Shown piece by piece: positions 9,151 through 17,989 of a stretch of DNA of 19,745 nt (within the stretch, counting starts at the first letter, position 1; each line of letters opens with the position of its first letter). Source of the stretch: Octopus sinensis (taxonomy: Eukaryota). A program made the position numbers and the translations under genes. The notes beneath the pieces are model-generated. The model was given only the letters and a program-made list of their open reading frames with translations. It was not told the DNA's origin and did no database searches. The stretch is from the NCBI RefSeq assembly GCF_006345805.1, contig NW_021824167.1, positions 1 to 19,745 of the forward strand, written 5' to 3'.

Positions 9151-9371
9151 AATGAACTCCAGTCTGATCATAAGTCTTTTCCTTAATGGTATTACTTATC
9201 CATGTATTCATGCAACACGCGTGGAACAAACAAACAATAAAAGAAATAATAAAAAGGTTTAGTGAAGATAACAATCGTCCTTCTTCTCCCTTCCAAACAT
9301 TTCATCAGAAAAGTCATCTTCACGATATTTGAGCTTCAATTAAGATTTCCTCTCGTTTTGTCTCATTACAG

Positions 9372-9585
9372 CTACAAAAGAAAAAGGTGGATTGTCTCCA
9401 GGCGAACCTCCAGGAAATGAAGGCAGTCTATTCAGAGGCCCTGAGAAACTTAGAAAGGATTTCGGAGGAGGTTCATAAACGTCGTAAATTAAAGGAATTC
9501 CTTTACTTACCACGCGAACCCGGTGTCGGATCGGAACATAATGAACGTCACAACTCAATTGAATTCGAAACTGAGGCAAAGCTAA
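9372..9585 (+). CDS. SH3BP5: SH3BP5-family exon (LQKKKVDCLQ...YSEALRNLERISEEVHKRR...PREPGVGSE...EAKL), phase 0-1
   Basis: TTACAG acceptor; A|GTGAGT donor; 214 nt. The ALRNLExISEExHxRR and PRxPGVGxE motifs are family hallmarks. Confidence 0.92.
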
Positions 9586-9619
9586 GTGAGTAGTCTTGTT
9601 GGCATTCTTGTAGTATGAT

Positions 9620-9673
9620 GTTTGATGGAGTTTGTTGCTGTTTGATGGTGTTTGTTCTTGTTTGATGGTATTT
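9620..9673. repeat. 20-bp minisatellite, 2.7 copies (GTTTGATGGWGTTTGTTSYT)
   Basis: Direct repeats start at 9620, 9640 and 9660. Confidence 0.85.
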
Positions 9674-9856
9674 CGATTTCCGGCTTTACGTTCTGAGCTT
9701 AAATTCCGCCGAAGTCTACTTTGCCTTTCATCCTTTCGGGTTCGATGAAATAAGTACCAGTTTCATACGGGGTTTACCTAATTGACTCACTCATTCCCTG
9801 AAATTGCTGGCCGTGTGCCAAAATTTGAAACTATTATTATAATTATTATTATTATT
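9667..9856 (+). mobile_element. SINE family A, 5'-truncated, (ATT)n tail
   Basis: Shared core and GGCC.TGTGCCAAAA.TTGAAA tail. Confidence 0.85.
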
Positions 9857-10065
9857 GGCGAGCTGGCAGAAACGTTGGCAAACCAGGCAAATCGCTTAGT
9901 GGCATTTTGTCCGTTTTTACGATCTGAGTTCAAATGCCGCCGATGTCGACTTTGCGTTTCATCTTCTCGAGGTCGATAAAATAATACCAGTTGAGTACTG
10001 GAGTCGATGTAATTGATTTACCCCTTCTTCGAAATGGCTGGCCTTGTGCCAAAACTTGAAATAAT
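9857..10065 (+). mobile_element. SINE family A, full length
   Basis: Head GGCGAGCTGGCAGAAACGTT, B-box GAGTTCAAATGCC, core and tail; followed by (CTT)36. Confidence 0.9.
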
Positions 10066-10175
10066 CTTCTTCTTCTTCTTCTTCTTCTTCTTCTTCTTCT
10101 TCTTCTTCTTCTTCTTCTTCTTCTTCTTCTTCTTCTTCTTCTTCTTCTTCTTCTTCTTCTTCTTCTTCTTCTTCT
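10066..10175. repeat. Pure (CTT)36 microsatellite
   Basis: Uninterrupted 110-nt run. Confidence 0.97.
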
Positions 10176-10197
10176 ATCCACCATTTTGTTTTGTATA

Positions 10198-10336
10198 AAG
10201 GCGGCGATCTGGCAGAATCGTTTGCGCGTCGGACGAAATGCTTAGCGGTATTTCGCCTGTCGCTACGTTCTGAGTTCAAATTCCGCCGAGGTCGGCTGTG
10301 CCTTTTATCCTTTCGGGGTCGATAAAATAGGTACCA
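10198..10336 (+). mobile_element. SINE family A, 3'-truncated
   Basis: Head, B-box GAGTTCAAATTCC and core; followed by (ATT)n then (GTT)n to about 10420. Confidence 0.88.
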
Positions 10337-10420
<84 letters not shown>

Positions 10421-10450
10421 ATTATAATCGATTTATTTTTGTCTTTTCAG

Positions 10451-10803
10451 GGTCCTGCTCATTATCAACAACGACTAACGATGACAAGGACACTGACACT
10501 AATAATAACGAGGAAAAGATTGACAACAACAGGAGCAGCAACAATGAAAACTACAACAACAACAATAACAGCACCAGCAGGAACTGGATTGGCGTCGACA
10601 GTCTGAGTGTAGAAAGTGTTGTTGCTGATTATGACGATGGATCGTCTTCTTCTGAGATGAGTTTCGGTGAAGATACGAGTACTGATCAGGCGTTGTCAAC
10701 CTCAACAGATGAAGAATCTACTGACGAGATGACAGTCTCCCCGACACTGCTGAAGAAAGCGGCACCTACATCGGCAACGATAGATGTTACACCGTCAGCA
10801 TGA
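10451..10803 (+). CDS. SH3BP5: SH3BP5-family terminal coding exon; low-complexity N/S/T/D/E-rich tail ending VTPSA-stop
   Basis: GTCTTTTCAG acceptor; the phase-1 junction gives a 353-nt open frame ending at TGA 10801-10803. There is no homology support for the tail itself. Confidence 0.78.
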
Positions 10804-11244
10804 TCAGCGGAGACGTCGGTTTCCAGAAAAAATAAGATTGAAAACAGAGATGGTCAAAGAGAATGCTTTGGGATTGAACGCAGTGCATGGAATTAATGAA
10901 TCAAAAATGTGTGCTTTGTACTAACTTTCCGGAACCAAACCGTTTATGCCTACATCATTCCAAGACGGCTTTGGTTACCAACGGCGCAGTCCTAAACAGA
11001 TAACCGTCCTTTTTTTGTCTCCTCGGTCAACAGGGAGGACAAGACACATCGTTTATAAACCGCCTCAATTTGTAAACTTACGGGAGAATTAGAAAATGAT
11101 ACACATTCTCTGGGAGCCAGAAGTACAAGAAAAAAAGGTTCGTCGAACGAGGCTCTCAATTTGTGCGACTTCATGGCAGGCACAGATAGAGCGTGGGATC
11201 GCAAGGCCTACTGCTCACTGTAAACAACGGGCTTGAAATAGACG

Positions 11245-11800
11245 TTTTCAATATCAGATACCAGTTGATGTTAGCTATCAGGTGATAACCTATGATGTCA
11301 TGTATAAGATGATATCAGAAATGGATGTAGCATAAAATCAAATATCCTTTGTTATAACAGTTGTCAGATGGCATAAGATATAACGTATCAGATGGCATGT
11401 GATATGTGATATTAGATATCAGATCATATAAAAAAATAGATATCACTTAATACCAAATAAACCTTGATAACAAATGTCTGAGGGCATAAGATACAACGTA
11501 TCAGATATCACGTGATATAAAATATTAAAGTATATCAAATACTACAAAATAAATGATACTAGATTTCAAGATATCAGACGTTTTGCGGTATAAATTGTCA
11601 GGATATCAAATACCAGATGTTAGAAGACATAAGACAATACAGTGTATTAGATATAAGATAATATTTCATCTCAAGTGATACGAAATGACATTGGTTATCC
11701 AAGAATACATGGTATTTTATGGTATCATATATTAGATTTGAAATGACATCAAACAAAATATTCTGTGATACCAGATGTCCTATGCCATATAATATTAGGT
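11245..11800. repeat. Cryptic GATATC/ATCAGAT-based degenerate repeat
   Basis: Six GATATC between 11311 and 11607; 52-bp direct repeat 11354-11405 versus 11467-11518 (44/52). Confidence 0.7.
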
Positions 11801-12209
11801 GGTCTCTGAAAACAGTGTACTATGAGTTACTACAAATACAACGTATATTACTGATCTCAATAGACATTTGAATCAAAGCAATAGATTTATTATTATTTTT
11901 TTTTTGTTCCAAAGATCATAGTGAAAACGAGTCTACGGAGTTTTCTATGCTAACACAGTTACCAAATATATTTATTGATTGTATGAATGACTGAGTGGTA
12001 GATTAAAAATAAAAAAAAAAGAAGTTAAATGTGGGTGTGTGTATGTCAGTATGGATGTGGAGTTGTTATAAATATCGATCTGGTATCGAATAAAATATAA
12101 CTCGCGAAAGTACTCAATGCAAAATAAGGGTAGAATCAAAATTTGTCTCGTAATATGTTGTAATATATGGCAATAATACAATTGTTTTAATACATCCATC
12201 CATCTCTCC

Positions 12210-12774
12210 ATACATACATACATACATACATACATACATACATACATACATACATACACACATACACACACACATGTATATGTATGTATGTGTATATATA
12301 TATGTATATATGTCAATATATATATATATATATATATATATTTGTATGTATGTATATGTCTATACATATGTCTGTATGTTTATGTATATATATATATATA
12401 CATACACACACACACATATATGTATGTATGTCTGTATATATATATATATATGTGTGTGTGTGAGTGTGCATATATATTTGTATGTATGTATGTATGTATG
12501 TAGTATGTATGTATGTAATATATATATATAAATATATATATATGCATATATATAAACATCTACATTTATATATTTATGTTTACGTTTATATATATATATA
12601 TGTATATATGTATAAATGTGTGTATGTCTCTGTGTGTGTATGTATGTGTGTATGTATATGTGTGCGTGTATATATATGCATATAAATACTTACGCATATG
12701 TATGTATATATACATGTACATACATATATACATATATACATACATGAATATATATATATATTATATATATTATA

Positions 12775-12816
<42 letters not shown>

Positions 12817-12910
12817 TATCTATATATATATATATGTATGTATATAACAGAGAGAGAGAGGAGAGAGAAAGAGGGGGAGAGAGAAAGAGAGAGAGAGAGA
12901 GAGGTTGAGA
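12210..12910. repeat. Long compound (TACA)/(TA)/(TG)/(GA) microsatellite field
   Basis: Directly visible. Confidence 0.95.
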
Positions 12911-13204
12911 AAGTAAGAGAGAGAATGGAGAAAAATATTTTTTACCCCCGCCTCCAGTTTTCTCAACTTCCCTCGTTACGATGAAAATAAGTGAAAATAT
13001 AAAATATATTTTGATAAAAATAAAATGTTTATAAAGAAACTTTAAACATGTGTTGTTCTTGGGATTTATTTGTACTTGTTTTCTTTCTTCCACCCGAGAT
13101 GAGTTACCTGAATTCAATAAGCTCCCACTATACATATTACATCATTACTAGCTACCCGTTTTGCACTCGCGTCCTTCAACCACATTGCATCAATGGCAGC
13201 TACC

Positions 13205-13434
13205 TATTTCTTTACTACCCACAAGGGGCTAAACACAGAGAGGACAAACAAGGACAGACAAACGGATTAAGTCGATTATATCGACACCAGTGCGTAACTG
13301 GTACTTAATTTATCGACCCCGTAAGGATGAAAGGCAAAGTCGACCTCGGCGGAATTTGAACTCAGAACGTAACGGCAGACGAAATACGGCTACGCATTTC
13401 GCCCGGCGTGCTAACGATTCAGCCAGCTCGCCGC
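13205..13434 (-). mobile_element. SINE family A, full length, young, 10-bp TSD
   Basis: GGCAGCTACC is duplicated at 13195-13204 and 13435-13444; A and B boxes lie on the minus strand. Confidence 0.95.
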
Positions 13435-13959
13435 GGCAGCTACCCGTATCACGTCAATCGTCTTCATCAATATTACATCAGGGTCGACAACTCATATTAG
13501 ACTAACCTTCATCACCCACGTTTTAGCTGCCGAATAATGCCACCTGCTGTCAACTTAGTACTAGTCATCTTGCTTTGCTTGTCACTGGAATCTACTGTTT
13601 TGATCCAGAGAGTGGCAAAAGTGTTGTACAAGCGTTTGTCACTGAAATCCAATGACGTACAGATGCTCTCGACAAAATACCATCATCGTAAAAATCATCA
13701 CTTTTCAAGTCCTATGGCGACGTATGCAGATTTGACTGGTTGGAAGCATAGTTACAAATCTTTACATAAGGCGGCAGGGTTCTTATCTTAACATCCACTG
13801 TTTTCGGTGGAGAATCCCTTGTCTGAGCAGGCCTTTTAAGGAGAACACTGCTCACCGGGATATACTGGGAAGATGCTAGAAAAAGTGCACTAAAAGTTGT
13901 CTATCCTCTCTCTGCTGGTTAGTTAACTGCAGCTAACGGCGGTTCAATTTAGCAGGAAT

Positions 13960-14662
13960 AAACAAAGAATTGATATAAACAATAACAAGAATGCAAGGAA
14001 TAAGGTTTCTCTTAACCTGGCCTGTTGGAATGTGAGAAACCTTTTAAATCGAGCAGATAGGCCTGAAAGAAGAACAACTCTAGTCACGAAGAAGCTAAGG
14101 CGTCTTAATGTTGATATTGCAGCTCTTTCTGAAACAAGATGTTCAGATGAAGATCATCTTGTCGAAAGTGCAGCAAGTTTCATATAATTTTGGTTTGGGA
14201 AGCTGAAGGGGAAAATTGGGAAGGTGGTGTTAGGTTTGCAATTAGAAATGATTTGCTAGAAGACCTAGAACAACTACAAAGCATAAATACACGCATAATG
14301 ACACTCCGGACCCCCCTTTCTTGTGGACGTTTTGTAACTGTTTTCCCTATTTATGCTCTTATACTTTCAGCTAGTGAGGAAAATATTCATGCATTTTATG
14401 AGGAGCTTAGAAGAAGTATTCTGCCAGTCCCTTTGAATGAGAAGTTGGTGGTGCTTGGTGACTTTAATGCATGTGTTGGTAGAAACTATGGTGCTTGGAA
14501 TGTGCTTGAGCGTTATGGAATAGGAAAAGTGAACAACAATGGGCTGCATCTGTTACAAATGTGCTCTGAGCTAGGGTTGATTGTTGGGAATAGTTTCTTT
14601 CATCATAAGATGAAGTATAAAGTTACGTGGATTCACTCAAGATCAAAGCAAGGTCACATGAT
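13960..14662 (+). mobile_element. RTE-clade LINE fragment: decayed APE endonuclease (5' boundary uncertain; the 5'UTR may extend upstream)
   Basis: LNLACWNVRNL..RPERRTTLV...LNVDIAALSETR, frameshift, then GGVRFAIRNDL...LVVLGDFNACVG...NGLHLLQMC...TWIHSRSK. These are diagnostic RTE endonuclease motifs. Confidence 0.88.
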
Positions 14663-15230
14663 AATCAGCGGCTGCCTCGTCGCATTCACTCTGATTTCCT
14701 TGATGTCCTGAAATCTTTTTTTGTAAAGAGGAAAAAGTCGCAAGAGTCGAGAACTGGGGAATACAGTGGCTGTCGGACCTGGGGAATGCTGTGCCTAGCC
14801 AAAAACTGCTGCACAAGCTGCGCCGAATGGTTAGGTGTGTTGTCAGCTGAAATCAGTTTTGGCACAAACTTGGCAGACAAGGGTCTCATACTCAATTCTT
14901 CAGTGATAATGAACTAAACTGAACCGTAACTAATCTGCATATCCTCTGATAACTCACGAATGGTGATTCGACGATTTCCCATCACATCTGCACGCGAATC
15001 TGCGATGTTTTTCTCAGTTCTGCAGGTTGCAGGTCTCCCAGAACATTCGTCACTATCGACATTTTTTCGACTCATACACTCCTCTCTATACACTTTCTGC
15101 AACTTTGTGTAGGCATCTGAGCAGGGATCGCCAAGCTTTTGGCAAAATTTGATGCAGATTCATGGTCAGAGCAACGATCACGCGCTACACACGGAAGTGA
15201 GCTAAAACGTTAAAACTTAGCGTGCACGCA
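14663..15230 (-). mobile_element. Internally deleted Mariner transposase relic
   Basis: CIKFCQKLG...SGRP...NRRITIRELSE...SAKFVPKL joined directly to DNTPNHSAQLVQQFL...YSPVLDSCDFFLF (WVPH-like and YSPDL-like motifs); stops and deletions present. Confidence 0.88.
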
Positions 15231-15369
15231 CAGCAGAGCTCAAGGTCAATCTGTGCCAAGCGGTTTCACCCTGCGAATATATATATATATATATATATGT
15301 ACACACACACACACACACACACACACACCACACACACACATAAATATATATGTGTGTGTGTGTATATCT

Positions 15370-15592
15370 TTGTGTCAGTATTTGGGCACAACGACTGCTT
15401 AGCAATCGGTGTTGCCGTGTTTACGTCCCCGTAACTTAGCAGTTCGGTAAAAGAGACCGATAAAAGAAGTACCAAACTTAAAAAGAAAAGAATACTGGGC
15501 GTGGGGGGTTTGATTCGTTCGACAAAAATTCTTCAAGGTGATGCCCCAACATGGCCACAATCAATGACAGAAGCAAGTAAAAGATAAAAGAT
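15370..15592 (+). mobile_element. SINE family B, 3' half following its internal (TG/TA) microsatellite
   Basis: Colinear with 7794-7944; tail AAGTAAAAGATAAAAGA. Confidence 0.82.
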
Positions 15593-15968
15593 ATTACCAG
15601 GGACCGCCGACTTGGCAATCCACCCCGCTGTCTGCGGACTGTCCCTCTTCCCTGTTTCTAATTATTTCATTGTTTCATTGATAGCTATATGAAACTTTCT
15701 TTCTATCTTCTCCTCTCCCTCCTTTTCCACCTCCCTCTCTATCTCCTTCGTCTTCTTCTTCTGCCACTCACAACTCGACTATTCACAACTTGATTAATCA
15801 CATCTTTAAAACATCATCAACAACAACAATAACAACAACGACGACAACAGCGTTTCATTGTTCTCTGGGTGAGGTCCGTTCGAAAGGAACTTAAGAGTCA
15901 AGCTGATTCACTCGCCCTTTTGTTCGGCAACTTTACGCTCTTGACCCTGGCAACTTGAAACAATCTTA

Positions 15969-15979
15969 CTACACAACAA

Positions 15980-16012
<33 letters not shown>

Positions 16013-16234
16013 ACACACACACACACACACACGCATACATACACACATATATGTTTATATGCATGTATATATGTGTATACACACACACACACTCACACAC
16101 ATATATACATATATATATTATATATATGTATATATATACATACATACAAATATCTACATGTATGGACATATATATATATATATATGTATATATATACCAA
16201 CATACAAATATCTACATGTATGGACATATATATG

Positions 16235-16291
<57 letters not shown>

Positions 16292-16326
16292 ATAATATAA
16301 TATATATATATATATATATATAATAT

Positions 16327-16364
<38 letters not shown>

Positions 16365-16370
16365 TGTATC
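15969..16370. repeat. (CA)/(TA)/(TATG) field containing an exact 34-bp duplication (16142-16175 = 16200-16233)
   Basis: ACATACAAATATCTACATGTATGGACATATATAT occurs twice, period 58. Confidence 0.92.
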
Positions 16371-16829
16371 TATCAATGTCGCTCCCACCACCTCAGTAAC
16401 TTCCCCTGCTCCCATATTCCGTACCAACACCTCCTTACCGAAAACATGCTACCTGACACCCAACCTCCTTTGCAGAGGGCCAAAGTCAAGAACCAGCATC
16501 TTTCACTGGAAGTTGGGGTGCTAATTAGATGTCAGTTCAAGTTGACATTGTTACTGGCCTCGTAATGACGACGGTGTCGAGTGGGGTAAGTAGCATTTAG
16601 GATCTGGAGTTGTTGTGGGATGTGGTGTATTGGTAATTGTGGTATTGTTATGGGCGCTTGTGTTGGTGGATGTGCTTCTGTAGTGTTAATGGTGTTGCTG
16701 TAGCTGTTCACATTGGTACTAGTGCAGTTGTTGCAGTTGGTAGTCTTTGTGTTTCTGGTGTTGTAGCAGTTGTAGTGGTTTTATTGCGGGTGGTATTCTT
16801 GATGGTTGTGGTTTTTGTACTGATACACT

Positions 16830-17340
16830 ACCATCTAAGACAACACCAAATCTATCAAGATAGACTATGCAATGTCAGTAGACGACTTGTATGTTTCTTT
16901 TACCAAATGTAGGTGGAGAATGATGTAGTATTTATTTTGTGACAATGTTTGAAAAGGGTTATATGTTGATATAATCTATTCTTAAATTGATTTTCTGGTA
17001 ACCGAATTAATATGCAATCACTCATGTACTGGTAACCCAAAGTGCTTCGAAAATTACAGTTGTCTCCTTTTCCCACTGTTTTGTTTGTATTATGTGAAAG
17101 TATTCTATTGTTCTGCAACCAAATATTTTTTCTTATAACAACTGATTTTATGTAGTTCCTCTTGAGTAGTTTATAAAATGTGTATTCTTTGATGAGTTTG
17201 TTGCTTAACTTAGTGGTAAGTAAGAATCGATAAGAATCTGAAACAACTATTGGTATCAATATAATCCATTAGACACACTTGAAGGCGGTCTTCATGTGTG
17301 GTCACAGTTCTATCACTGGAACTAGAGAAAAAAATAAAAG
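16830..17340 (-). mobile_element. Penelope-like element relic (linker plus decayed GIY-YIG endonuclease)
   Basis: YKLLKRNYIK...SHNTNK...NCN...LPENQFKNRLYQHITLFKH..INTTSFSTYIW, then (stop)SIL. This resembles the PLE C-terminus (NRNTxK, TExxFKxRxxxH, LSxYIW, WxIL). Confidence 0.68.
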
Positions 17341-17341
17341 A

Positions 17342-17425
17342 ATACATACATACATACATACATACATACATACATACATACATACATACATACATACATA
17401 CATACATACATACATACATACATAC
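17342..17425. repeat. Pure (TACA)21
   Basis: 84-nt run between the PLE relic and the RLE copy. Confidence 0.96.
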
Positions 17426-17835
17426 TTCTCAAAACCAGAGAGGAGAAAGCTGATTCGAAGACTACAGATCCAAGCCATCACTGGAACTGTAAAGATCTGT
17501 AAAACTTTCCAGAAGTTTATCATTCAAATATATATGAGCATGTCTAGACTGGCAACTATATGCATGAGATCACATACATAAAACAAAGCATACAAATCTG
17601 CATATGTACTGACTCCAAATACTGCACATATACATACATACATACATACATACATACATACAAACATACATACATACAAACATACATACATACATACACA
17701 CATGCATACATATATACTAAACGTAAAAGTACCTTATTGATGTTGTTGAAATTCGAATGAAGGTGCTTTGGATTTAGGTTAGGAACCGACTCTTTCTCTA
17801 TTGGCAAGAGACCTTGAAATCAAACTAAATAATGA
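17426..17835 (+). mobile_element. Second 5'-truncated RLE-type retrotransposon copy; its 3'UTR is interrupted by (TACA)n
   Basis: FSKPERRKLIRRLQIQAITGTVKICKTFQKF is 19/31 identical to the 5325-5738 copy; similar 3' end ...AATCAAA..GAC followed by ATACATAC. Confidence 0.72.
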
Positions 17836-17989
17836 CATACATACATACATATATACATTCGTACGTACGTTTGTACATACATACATACATACATACATAC
17901 ATACATACAATACACACACATTTGTATGTATGTGTGTGTGTTTGTGTGTAAACCAAAATAAGCTAAGAGAAATAACTCAGAGTGGCAAA

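Noticed and set aside
9586-9593. Short isoform ending KLSE-stop by reading through the donor
   Set aside because: No AATAAA was seen in intron 9586-10450 to support an intronic 3' end, and the donor GTGAGT is strong.
11059-11223. 54-codon protein-like open frame in the same phase as the last exon
   Set aside because: Separated from the CDS by five in-frame stops; the nearby acceptor (about 11033) leads to early stops in all frames.
15880-15965. Minus-strand VARVKSVKLPNKRASESA-stop as a terminal exon
   Set aside because: No recognisable homology, weak acceptor, and no partner exons found.
16475-16586. Plus-strand exon-like segment (TTTGCAG ... GGG|GTAAGT)
   Set aside because: All three frames contain stops; a non-coding exon is possible but unsupported.
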